Of a stretch of DNA of 64,000 bases, positions 23,757 to 35,700 are shown in pieces (position 1 is the first letter of the stretch; the number at the start of each line of letters is the position of its first letter). Origin of the DNA: Acanthaster planci (Eukaryota); NCBI RefSeq assembly GCF_001949145.1, contig NW_019091359.1:2244540-2308539 (forward strand), in the 5' to 3' direction. Under the pieces are notes generated by a model. The model saw nothing but the letters and a program-made list of their open reading frames with translations. It did not search any database and had not been told where the DNA came from. The translations under genes were made by a program, and so were the position numbers.

Positions 23757-25049
23757 TTAATCTGAACAAAGTTTGATCTTACAAAGCTCTTTTTTTAAAT
23801 CTTGTCGGAATCGTCTATTTGCAAGTCCATAGATCAACGGATTAATTGCACTGTTGATGTATAGAGCTAAACTGAACACGTTGAATATCTTCAGAACTAC
23901 GGTATTGACTGCTGCACCAGTACGTAGTGCCAGAATCAAATTGGCCTCGATAATGTAAGGTAGCCAGGTCAGGATGAACACCAGGCTAGTGATGAAGAGC
24001 ATCCTGGTTGTTTTACGCTGCAGGACTGCTCCACCGGGCCTTTGGGGGACTTGTTGTATCCCAAAGCTTCGCCGTGGGCGGAGCTGATTGTTTTTACCAG
24101 TAGGACGTTGATCTTCCCTCCATTTGGGCTTGTCTCGGTTGTTTCGGCTGAAACAGTTCTCAGCTGGTTGTTTTCTGGACAAATCGTGAATTGCATTACT
24201 CGATGGGGTGTCTGCATTGTTCGTTTTCGTCTGTTTGGGGTGAGAAGTGCCTGGATGGTCAGAAGCAGGAGACACTTTTTTGTCGACACCTGGGTATGTC
24301 GACAAGCGCAGAATGGGCTTGTCGACACTGGCCTCAGCAAATTCACCTGGTTGTTGGGCTGTGTCTGGCAAATTTACAGAGCACTTGCTGATGACCCATA
24401 ATGAGTCCTGGACTGTCGTTGGTGGCCAATCGACACCAACTCTAACGTGTTTCTGGACGGCCTTGTGAACTTTTCCATAAGCCACTACGATCACCACGTA
24501 CAGCGTCACTGCAACAAGAGTATCTAATGCTACCTTTGTCGGAAATAGGATGGGGCCAAACTGGTCGTCGGTACTTAAAAACGATAGTATGGCTATCGCA
24601 ATAGACACCACAAATGCCACACAAGCAACTACCTTCCTCCTTCTGGGGGTTAAAAACCGCCTTTGTGGGCGGCATATGCGGTCGTAGCGATCCAGTGCAA
24701 TGAGTATCGTGATAAATACACAATAAACAACCAGGGCGTCCTCAGCATCCTCAAACAAACGAAAGATCAGATTATTTTTAGTACTCTTACCAGTCAGAGA
24801 CAGGGCCTCCTCTATTAACGAGACGATTTGAAATAGACAGACGGCCAGATCAACCGCAGCTAAAGCCATGATCAGGACATGGGTGCTAGTCTTACGCGTC
24901 TTGATCCAGTAGACACGGAGGACGAGGCAGTTACCAGGCACGCCAAAAAGGATCAGGAACGAGCTTACAATTACGACCGACAAGTCGTAGACGAAAGAAT
25001 CCTTCCACAAATCACTGGACAATTCGTTGAAATTGGAGATGTTTTCCAT
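23757..25049 (-). CDS. Intronless class A orphan GPCR, copy A2, 430 aa from the conserved ATG (an in-frame upstream ATG at 25142 is possible)
   Basis: Same 7TM motifs as A1 (DRY, FILTWLPY, NPLIY). ICL3 to C-terminus is nearly identical to A1. Confidence 0.92.
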   Translation of the reverse strand: MENISNFNELSSDLWKDSFVYDLSVVIVSSFLILFGVPGNCLVLRVYWIKTRKTSTHVLIMALAAVDLAVCLFQIVSLIEEALSLTGKSTKNNLIFRLFEDAEDALVVYCVFITILIALDRYDRICRPQRRFLTPRRRKVVACVAFVVSIAIAILSFLSTDDQFGPILFPTKVALDTLVAVTLYVVIVVAYGKVHKAVQKHVRVGVDWPPTTVQDSLWVISKCSVNLPDTAQQPGEFAEASVDKPILRLSTYPGVDKKVSPASDHPGTSHPKQTKTNNADTPSSNAIHDLSRKQPAENCFSRNNRDKPKWREDQRPTGKNNQLRPRRSFGIQQVPQRPGGAVLQRKTTRMLFITSLVFILTWLPYIIEANLILALRTGAAVNTVVLKIFNVFSLALYINSAINPLIYGLANRRFRQDLKKELCKIKLCSD

Positions 25050-28000
25050 GGTTACACCCCAAATTAAGATTGACAACTGTGTTTCTGCAGTGGGCAAACT
25101 GTGCTTGCTGGTAATCAGTGGGGCACGTATCGCTCCTTCCATGGACTGTACTAGGTTTGGATACAAGCAGACGCTTCAGTGCTCAGTGTTGATGTAACAG
25201 GGACCAGTGATGGAATTCGTTTCCAAGGTAACTCAGTGAGAATACCTTTGTCCATGCTTACACGTTCTGTATATCATTGCGACTTCGGGAGGGTATGCAA
25301 CGATGAATCTTGTTCAATTTCCTCAAACTCCACGCTTGGCAAACATGACAGATACAGTGTTAACGTTAAGATGTCACCGCAGAGTACTTCTGCAGTCAGC
25401 TAATGAGAAATGGAGAGATATACAATGATTTATTGATATATGTGACAAGCATTGCACGAACTCTCAGGATTAATTATTGAACTAAGCGTCTATTCAGTGA
25501 AGAAACGTCTGTAAACATTAGAACCCCCACGGGCCCAGGAGTTAGTTCAAAGCCAATTGAAATTCAATTTTCAGACTTGCCACTGCAGAAATTGACTATA
25601 TCAACAAAGGATCAATTTATGGCGACGTTTTTTTCTGTCTTTGTCCATTGATTTTGGGATTATTACACTGACGTTGCCGAGAGTATGTTTTACTCATTTT
25701 CCCTGGCTGTTAATGTAGTGTTTACCAACCTAATGAGATAGACACACGGAATAAATTTTTATGTTTTTCTAGTTTCAATCCTCTGATACTGCTGCCAAAA
25801 CAATGTGTGGCTGTAATATGAAGGCATGCGGTTAAATGCACTCACACAAGAATTTAGCATAACTTGATGGTCATTAATAAACTGCACTCTTTCTGATGCG
25901 GTGTTTCTTATCAAAGGTTCGGGATCTGTAGACATTTTCCTTACACCTAGGTAATATGTCACCATTAGACCCAAGTCAGTTTCAGACACGGTGTCTCCAT
26001 GTTCACGAACTTACGTAGGCTTAGGCCAACACGTCGTGCTGTTGCCGTGCCAACCTTAATTAAAATGAGTGCAGAAATAGAGCCCGAAAGCTGACCCATG
26101 GTGGCGCGCTTCCGAAACCCTAGTATAGGAGAAATAGCATCTAAAATATTTGTAATATTTTTTCAATCGTTTACGTCTTAAAAAATCACCTCAAAAAGGC
26201 CTTTGTAGAGCGTTTGCTAGCACATTAATTAATAGAAAATGAAAAATTACCTGCGAGAGAAATATCCTGTCAACATTTGACGTCTCACCTCGAAAAAACT
26301 AAAATACATGAAGATCCGAGCAATTTTGTGATGTCGTGCGCAGATGAACAATAACGACAGTATGTTATAAGGTAGTCCTTCGGTAAAAGCTAAAATAAAA
26401 CATACTCAAAATATTTTAAGCATTTCATATTTTATAAGGAAATAAACTTGAAGGAATAATCTGCGTTTACGAAACATTCCGGAATCTGCTTACAAGAACG
26501 CCGTGAGGTCAACTCGACTGCATTTAGAACCCATCGACTGCAGGTAGGTGTATCTTTGCAACGTTGTATAATCTCGGTTTCACGACAGTAAGTAAAAAGA
26601 AGTAAAATCGGACATGCATGGACAAGGCGACCTACGAACGATATTGTCGGAAGTGAAAGGTCGTCAATGAATCTCGTTTTTTACCAATCTCCAGGTGACT
26701 TTTCCAAAATATTTCTTGTTAACCACAAAGGTAAAATTCCGACATCAGGGTGGTTTCAGTTAGGAATAATTCTTCAAAAAATATTGAACGTGACAAGACG
26801 ACTCCATGTAAAATCCCATTAACAGACCGCGCGAGGGTTCAGGAAGCTTGTTCCACGGTCTTTCACTTCAGGCTCTATAGCACGGTCGTTGCGCTGTAGT
26901 TGTGGTAAACGTCGTGCCGCTTCCTCGAAGATACCGAGGCGTATGTCGAGCTAAAGGGCTTACCACGCAGAATTCAACTTGCCAACCGAATTGTACTAAA
27001 CGCTGTGCTATTGCTGTGCCAATCTTTAAAAAATTGAATTATTTGAGTTTGGCATGGCAGTGGCACTGCGTATAGCCTAGGCGTTAGGTTCTATCTGATG
27101 AGTCTTTTGTCTAGAACTGTAGGTCTTAGTCTAGGTCTTTGTTCTCTAGAACTTGAAGTGTCAGCCCGTTACATAGGAAGAAAGCTTCTTAACTTTGAAC
27201 AAAACTAGTAGCAAAAGTCAAGAAAGTCTGTTTTGCAAACTTGTTTATGGATCAGAAGGGTTATCTCCTCTCTTCAGAAAAGCTCAGGAAAGTGGCTGGG
27301 GACTCTGGGGCTTGAGCCCCTCCCCCAGATTGTCATTTTGATTTCTTCTTCTTATTGTCGTTATTTTTACTTTTTGAAAAACTAAGATAACAATACACAT
27401 TATCTTAAACCTTGGATATAGCCATGACAGTCCTCTATGACGCAGTTCGGGAGGCCGGGGGGGGATTGAGGGTAATTGAGCGTGTAACAGCCCGAGCCCA
27501 CTCCCCCACCACACACACATAAGTGTGGGCTTATACATGGGGCCTTGTGGGGTACCGGAACAATGGGAAGTACCCCACAAGGCCAGTTTTTACCTTGTGG
27601 GGTAACAAAAACAAGAATTTCACGAAACTGATATTTGGAAATAACTCAAAAAGGGGAAATTTTTGATGGGTAAAAATTGAGGTGTTTTATATAAGGGACA
27701 TAAGGTCGAAATTTCAACCCAGGAAAGTGAATTTGCTTTAAATTGGAGTGATTTGAATTTTTTTGCGTGTTGTGTGGGAGTCTTGTACATGAGAACAAAG
27801 GAAATACCCCACAAGTATAGCTATGTAAGGATGTAAGGACCCCCTATTGTTCCTCTTTTGTTTGTACTTCAACTTTTTTAGAAGATCTGCCATCATGTTT
27901 TGTACACAGTTGTCAATCGGGGACCCTCTGTCAATCGGGGACCTTATTGTCCTCTATTGTTCAGAGTCCTCAATTGAATGCAGAAACAAACTCACACACC

Positions 28001-28191
28001 CATCCTTGTTGAATACTATTGTTCTTCAATTAAAATACTTAAACAAAATTAAGGTGAAGCTGACGAAGCAAGTTGCAAAATACATGTACTTAGATATTGA
28101 CTTTAACCCAGAAGGATGTCAGGTCATTCTACACATTAGTTTCACAAGAAGTCCGTCTAAAAGTGCCTTGACCTCTACAGACATTACATTA

Positions 28192-28646
28192 NNNNNNNNN
28201 NNNNNNNNNNNNNNNNNNNNNNNNNNNNNNNNNNNNNNNNNNNNNNNNNNNNNNNNNNNNNNNNNNNNNNNNNNNNNNNNNNNNNNNNNNNNNNNNNNNN
28301 NNNNNNNNNNNNNNNNNNNNNNNNNNNNNNNNNNNNNNNNNNNNNNNNNNNNNNNNNNNNNNNNNNNNNNNNNNNNNNNNNNNNNNNNNNNNNNNNNNNN
28401 NNNNNNNNNNNNNNNNNNNNNNNNNNNNNNNNNNNNNNNNNNNNNNNNNNNNNNNNNNNNNNNNNNNNNNNNNNNNNNNNNNNNNNNNNNNNNNNNNNNN
28501 NNNNNNNNNNNNNNNNNNNNNNNNNNNNNNNNNNNNNNNNNNNNNNNNNNNNNNNNNNNNNNNNNNNNNNNNNNNNNNNNNNNNNNNNNNNNNNNNNNNN
28601 NNNNNNNNNNNNNNNNNNNNNNNNNNNNNNNNNNNNNNNNNNNNNN
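28192..28646. other. Assembly gap
   Basis: Run of N. Confidence 0.99.
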
Positions 28647-28688
28647 ACGCACCCCCATGTAACCATAACTATGTGACTTTCCGCTGAA

Positions 28689-29963
28689 TTAATCTGAACA
28701 AAGTTTGATCTTACAAAGCTCTTTTTTAAAATCTTGTCGGAATCGTCTATTTGCCAGTCCATAAATCAACGGATTAATTGCACTGTTTATATACAGAGTA
28801 AAACTAACAACATTGAATGCCCTCAGAAGTATGATATTGATGGCCGCGCCAGCATGTCGCAACAGATTCAAATCGGCCCAGATAAAATAAGGTAGCCAAC
28901 TCAGGATGAACACTAAGCTAGTGATGAAGAGCATCCTGGTCGTTTTACGCTGCAGGACTGCACCACCGGGCCTTTGGGGGACGTGTTGTATCCCAAAGCT
29001 CCGCCCTCGGCAGTGCAGCCTGTTTTCACAAGTAGCATGATCATCCTTCGACGTAAGTGTCTCTTGGTTGTTTTGGCTGAAACACTTCTTATTTGCCGAA
29101 TTGTGAATGACATTTGGCGGTGAGTCTGCATGGTTAATTTTTGTCTGGTTGGAATGTGAAGTGCTTGGATGGTCGGAGGCAGAAGACACGTTTTTGTCGA
29201 CGCCTGGATGTATCGACAGGCTCGTCATGGGCTTGTCGACATTTGCAATACCAGATTTGTCCGATTGTTGGGCTGTTTCTGGTAAATTTACGGACCACTT
29301 GCTGACACCTTTCAATGAGTCCTCGGCTGGCATCGGTGGCCCATCAACGCCAACTCTGACGTGTTTCCGTATGGTCGTGTAAACTTTTCCGTAAGACACT
29401 AGAATCGCCAGAGTCATTGGCACCAAAGCCACAGTCTCTAATGCTACCTTTGCCTTGAATAGGACGGGTTCCGACCAGTCCTTGATTCTTAAAAACGATG
29501 GTATGGCGATCACAAACGACACCACTAATGCAACACGGGCGGCTGTCTTACTCCTTCTGGGATTTAAGAAACGCCTTTGTGGGCGGCATATGCAGTCGTA
29601 ACGATCCAGTGCAATGAGCATCGTGATAAAAACAGAATAAGCGACGGTCACATTACTAGTAGCGTCTATAAAACGAAAGACCAGAATGTTTTCAGCATGC
29701 TTACTAGTCAGAGCTAAGGTCACGTCAATTAGCGTGGCGAATTTCAATAAGCAGACGGTCAGATCTGCCCAAGCTAAGGCCATGATCAGGACATGGGTGC
29801 TAGTCTTACGCGTCTTGGTCCAGAAGACACGGAGGATGAGGCAGTTACCAGGCACACCAAAAAGGATCAGGAACGAGCTCACAATTACGATCGACAAGTC
29901 GTAGACGAACGAATCCTTCCACACATCGATGGACATTTCGGTAAAGTTGGAGATATTTTCCAT
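28689..29963 (-). CDS. Intronless class A orphan GPCR, copy B2, 424 aa
   Basis: Intact ORF from MENISNFT with GN, LAWADL, DRY, FILSWLPY and NSAINPLIY. TM4 through much of ICL3 is nearly identical to B1. Confidence 0.92.
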   Translation of the reverse strand: MENISNFTEMSIDVWKDSFVYDLSIVIVSSFLILFGVPGNCLILRVFWTKTRKTSTHVLIMALAWADLTVCLLKFATLIDVTLALTSKHAENILVFRFIDATSNVTVAYSVFITMLIALDRYDCICRPQRRFLNPRRSKTAARVALVVSFVIAIPSFLRIKDWSEPVLFKAKVALETVALVPMTLAILVSYGKVYTTIRKHVRVGVDGPPMPAEDSLKGVSKWSVNLPETAQQSDKSGIANVDKPMTSLSIHPGVDKNVSSASDHPSTSHSNQTKINHADSPPNVIHNSANKKCFSQNNQETLTSKDDHATCENRLHCRGRSFGIQHVPQRPGGAVLQRKTTRMLFITSLVFILSWLPYFIWADLNLLRHAGAAINIILLRAFNVVSFTLYINSAINPLIYGLANRRFRQDFKKELCKIKLCSD

Positions 29964-31316
29964 GGTTACACTCCAAACAAAGAGTGATGACTTTATTTCT
30001 GCAGTGGGCAAAGTGCTTGCTGGTGATTAGTGGAGCACAACAAAACTCATTTCAGCTCCTTCCATGGACTGTAGTGAGCTTCAATGGCTAGAAGCCGACG
30101 CTTCAGAGGGAAGTGTTGATGTCACGGGATCCCTGATTGGTTTCTATGGTAACTATGTGGGGAAGCCTTTGCGCATTTTTTTTTGTCACATGAGTTATGA
30201 CTTCGGCGGAGTATGAGACGTTTAAACTTGCTGAAATAATTCTGACAAGAATTTACAAGTGTTTATGGCAAACCTGACCGATGCAATGTAAGTGTTTAGA
30301 TATTACCACGGGGCAATTCTGTCGTTGGCTAATGCGAAATGAAGATGATTTACTATGATTTTATTGATGTATGTGAAGCTAAACGCATGACACTAGCTAT
30401 CAAGATTAATTATTGACCGAAACGTCAGGGAAGAAACGCCAGTAAACATTCGAGCCCCAACACACGGGGTATTTAAAGCCAATATCGAGATTAAATTTTC
30501 AGGCTTGCCACAAATTAGCTGTATAAAAGGTTTTGGACAACCTTTATTCCTGCATTGCCCATTGAATTTGAGTTTATTGCAGTGACATTAACGGGAAAAT
30601 TGAAATTATGTTCTCCAATCTCTTAACTATGGTGTCCTTGTTTACCAACCCACTGAGATTTTATTGTTTTATTCAATCTTCTGATATTGCCGCCAAAACT
30701 ACTTTGTAAAACATTCAGTCATATACAGTCACACACAAATTTCGCATGTGTTGATATTTTATTCATAAACACCTCGGACAATTTTTCGGGCATTAGTCGA
30801 TCGCGTCCATTTTCTTGATCCGGTCTATTTGGCAAAGTACAGATAAAAGGGTTATATCCTCTTTGAACAAATTCAGAAAGTATCTGATGGGCTTGTAAGC
30901 TTGATTGAGCCCCCCCCCCGCCCCAGGTTGTAATTTGCATTTTTTTTTTCAAAAAATTATTTTTATTTTTTCTGAAAAACAAAGATAACAATGTACATAT
31001 CTAAACCTTTGATACAGCCCAATTTTGAGCCCTGACTTTGTTGAACACTTTTTTAATAATAATTGCATAATTATTGTATTGCACCCCCTAGGTCCGCCGT
31101 GAGCTGAAGTGCACCCCCAATCGGCCTAGAAAGACGAATGTTTACAAGCGGATTCTTGCGCACGTTCGGCGTTTACGCGTACTCAGCCTGCTCCCCGTCC
31201 GTCAAACGTGCCATTGATCTCCATTATAAACGCGTGCCTATGCCGTGAAAAAATACGTCCTCTTTTGTTTCGCTCGGAGCGGATTGCAACCCCCCCCCCG
31301 GGGGGTCGGGAAACTA

Positions 31317-32564
31317 CGGAAGCTTATATAGGACATGACTGAAAAAATGGGCCTATTTTGCCTTGGCGGATTAGTATTTCGCCCTTTGCGGATTAATACT
31401 TCGCCTGGGCGGATTAGTATTTCGACAGGGCGAAAAAGTGATCCACCTGGGATTGGCGTAGATCCGTGTGTTAGAATGCGGTATGATTTCCTTGGGGGGG
31501 GTGACTTAGATAGACCGTTCCGACATTTTTCCTCGCCATTTTGCCGAAGACGGTGACTTACGAAGTACACTTTCGCTCCTGCATTAAGCAAAGGCAGAGA
31601 TGATCTCCGAATTAATTACCTTTTCCCCCGTAGATTATGTTGACAGGAATGTCAATGGAACTGCTTGAAAATTACCCTTATGAATCCATCAAACTTTTTA
31701 GCCATAAAACCTGAGTAAAAGCGCGTCACTTCTCTACTCTGATCGGGCGCGGGCTCAAAGTCTTGCCATCCCCCCCCAAAAAAAAAATTAACTGACTTTG
31801 TATATGATGATGAAAAGAACTCTTTCCTTGCATATTATTCTTTTTTTAGAGAAATGGAGAGAGTTTACTGAGGCTAGTTTATCACATCATATCACAGACA
31901 CTTTTTATTTGCAGAAGGGAAGGCAGTTTCATACAATAAAGCTAATTATTTATAAGGATATGAAACACTTTTAATTGATGCTACTGATATTCAAAGGGAC
32001 TGGAGTTGACGGCATCAATAAATGTCTGTGAATTTAATTTCTGGACCTTCAGGATATTTTTTAATACTTATGGTAATTTTAATGTAGTAATTGGTAACTT
32101 TTGTTTTTTGATCGTTTGTAATGAGCTTGTTTAGTTTGTGGAGTCCCAAGGAGAATAGCCATGTCAAATTGGCTTTTGGGACTAAGTCAACACACTTTGT
32201 TTAATGTTTAGTTTTTCCCTTTACATGCATGCATCGATATTATTCTGAGTAAAATCAGCATAATTTTGGGCTGCCATGGCAGAACGAATCTATTACTTGG
32301 ATATCAAGTCTTTGACGCACTGAAACAAGCTACGTACATATTGTTTAGGAGCCTCCCTTTTGTTTCTCCTAAAAAGGGGACTTACTCGTGACAGACAGAA
32401 AGTTTAAAATTGTAAAAGTTGGTATCGTAATGCATGGGTAAATGTGCGTCCCAAGACTAATCCGCCCAGGCAAAATACTAATCCGCCCAGGCGAAATATC
32501 AATCCGCCCGAGGGAAATAGCAGGCCCAAATATTTTTTCTAGTCATGTACTACATACGCTTCCG
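31317..32564. mobile_element. About 1.25-kb non-autonomous TIR element with 21-bp subterminal repeats, flanked by TA
   Basis: TA|CGGAAGCTTATATAGGACATGACT...AGTCATGTACTACATACGCTTCCG|TA. Arrays of GGCGGATTAGTATTTCGCC (31361-31435) have reverse-complement copies AATCCGCCCAGGC(G/A)AAATA (32458-32520). Confidence 0.7.
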
Positions 32565-32787
32565 TACGAAACGACTTACTGCAAAAACTACACATGGTGG
32601 CGTTTTCAACATGGCGACTTACATGAACACTTATACATATGTGTAGGTCTAGGTCGGTGTCAATTGTAACTGCCGTTGTGAGTATTTACAGTCCGTTTAT
32701 GTGTATTGCCGCTTGCGACGTATTTTTCAATAGTTTCAACGGAACATATTTTGCCTAGTCAAAGGTACCCTGATATGTATGTGATTG

Positions 32788-35700
32788 ATGCCTATCGCTT
32801 CATTAAAAAGGATGCAAAAGCAGGGAGAAACTTTCGTTAGTTGTGCGCAGAAAGGTGACGTGCATTCTATGCAGATATTGAGTGCTGGCAAATTTCAGGC
32901 AGACGAGATAATTGAGTATAGTCGACCTCGGTCAGGTGACAGAGCAGTCCACTTGGCCGCCAGACATGACCACGTTCGAGTGTTGGAGTTTCTGAAAGTT
33001 GAGGGTACCGATTTTGAAACTGCAAACTTGGATGGAAAAAGAGCCTTACACGAAGCGGCCGTGTCTGGGAATGGCAGTTGTGTGGCATTCTTGCTATCAA
33101 CCGGTGTTCAGGTGGACCCTTTGAAAAGAGCTGACTGGTGTGTACAGTTCGTTATGTTGGTGTGCATGTAGCCCAGGTTGGACAACGTCTACACTGTACA
33201 TTCCATTTCGACTAACGTCCAGGATATGAAAGTCCTTCTACTGGGCGTACGTGAAGATTTTTTCAACAGTTTTTTCTCACATTTTTACCAGTTACCTGTC
33301 GCGATTCGCGATCTTCTACCGCACAAATATGTCGTTAATGAGTTGTGACAGAAAGCGTGAAGTTTTGCAGAATTTCCTGCAAAATATGTTTTCCGCGGGC
33401 GTATTTAGTAATTTCAACACAGCTTTTATGGAATTCAGGAAACAAGGCACTTGTGAACGACATTTTGAGCTGTCTTCGTCAGGTAAAAATGTGACAAAAA
33501 CTGTTGAAAAAATTTCGCATAGTAGAAGGACTTTCATACCCTGGATGTTAGTCGCAATGTAGACGTCATTGAAAAAATTTCGCATAGTAGAAGGACTTTC
33601 ATACCCTGGATGTTAGTCGCAATGTAGACGTCATCCAACCTGGGCGAGTGTGCATGGAATATTTGGCTTGACAATCTAAAAACATTGTTCACTCTTTCTC
33701 TTTAAGGCCAACATGGCCAAGTAAAAAGTTGCATTTCAGGACTTATTACTTAAAGAGAGGAGATTACCCTTTTAATCTATAGAGGGTTTTCACGAGATGT
33801 AACATGACAGACAAAGGCACTTACAGGAAGTGTACCATATCCATGGAGACGCAATGTCGCATACATTTTCAAATCTGGGTATTTCTATTGGTAATTTCAT
33901 GTACACAAGAATGTTGACTTCGAAGGCCCTTGTTTTCGTGCACATCTATGAAAAATGAACGCTGACTGTCAAAAATCACGTGACTAAAAATCTTCTATAA
34001 ATTTCAAGTTTGGCAAATACACTTTCTTGACTTTTGCTACTGCTTTTGTTCAAGGTAAAGTAGCTCTCATCCCATTTGACAGGGTGACACGTGCATGTAT
34101 ACCTACATGTAGGTACCCAGGGTTATACATTTTTGTAGAAACAAATAAATCAAAACACATCTCAGGTTTTTGTTTCATTTGCTGAGAGTAGCAGAGTAAC
34201 GTGGAGTTGCAATGTTTAGTTTGGTCAAATAAAAAGACACACTCCGTGGAGAGAAATTGAAAAGAACAACACTACCAGCCGTAGAAAGCTACCTGGCCAA
34301 CACATGTACATTAGGTCTTCAAAAGGTGTATTTAAATGTCCAGGATTTGTTTCCATTTCCCTGTAGAATGTTCAGTTGCGTGAACCTGTCGGGCAATTCA
34401 GAAGATGTTTGTACACTTCAACACAGCATGAACTGCTTGACCTTCATGTACTTGTACATGTATATCCAGAAGATGTGAAACTATTTAACCTGCATTTACT
34501 TTTTGGGGACAGGACCCCTTTGCATCTGGCTTGTACCAAAGCAGACAAGGATATCATCAAACAACTCATTGAACATGGGGCTAACCCAAGACTAAGGAAT
34601 AAAGATGGTTGGAATGCTCTCCATATTGCTGCCAGGTCAGTTAGCTGCCCGATCACATAATTAATTGGATGTTTCCTCTGGTAAAGTGTTGGTGGGACGC
34701 CCAGGACATTTTCAATCCAGCAGTTACAAAAAGCAGAGGATGTCCAGCATTTACAAGGGGTGAAGCATCCAAATTGAAATTGAAGTGAACCCGAAAAATG
34801 AGCTGTGTGATCATTTCTGTCAGACAAATTCTGTTTTAGAAGTTACTTTAAAAATTGTATCTTTAAGGTCAGTTAACCACTCAAAAACAAAAGATAAAGC
34901 AGGGGAAAAGGAGGAGCTACATCTCACCCAAAAGGGGGGGGGGGTGAGTTCTTGATGAGATTTCCTCTGGGTCTGCTACTGACATTTTTTCCATCAATCA
35001 CATTGTAATTAACATTTTACTGCAGTCTACTGAGAAGGATCAGGTTGTTTTACCTTTTAGGGAGGGACACGTGGATATTTTGACCTATCTTCTGGACTGC
35101 ATTCCTGACCTGTGGGACACGGTCAGCAAAAATGGTCGGACACCTCTACACACAGCAGGTACTGTCCCCGTGGATGGGAATTTAAAAAAAGAAGAATTAC
35201 ATGTAGCATTCTTTGAATCAGAAGTCATATTTGACTAGAAGTTAGGTTACAGTTGAGAGATGATGATTTGCAGAAGAATTCCACTGTTACAATTTGTTTG
35301 AATAGTTTTTATATACTTTACACCAGTGTGTATGTTCATGGTGTATTCACAGTGTGATCCGAGTGTTGCACAGAAAATCACAATTTGGCTCAGGCGGGAT
35401 TTAAACCCACGACTTCCTGCTTACTAGCATTGACATCTTAACTTTGAAGTTTGTCAGAATTGGCTGGATGGTTCGAATCCAGTGAGGTAGTGGGTACCAC
35501 AGTCAGTGGGTACCACAGTCATTGTGTGGTTTAGTCATTTTCATACAAGGAGCTTGCAATTTGAAATGAAGGCTTGATGACTTGTGATGATCTGGTGCGT
35601 GCTCAACTTGTTATGACTTGATTATACGCTCCACACAGCGATCCATGTAAACCTTCACTAGCCTCGTCCATGGTGTTCGATAAAAGTATATGATGTTAAC

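Noticed and set aside
26010..27090. Possible TIR element with GTGCT.TTGC.GTGCCAA ends
   Set aside because: The repeats are too degenerate to define ends or a TSD by eye.
27847..28762. Long ORFs of 179-271 aa in the ORF track (similar ones at 62755-63639)
   Set aside because: Artefacts of translating N runs.
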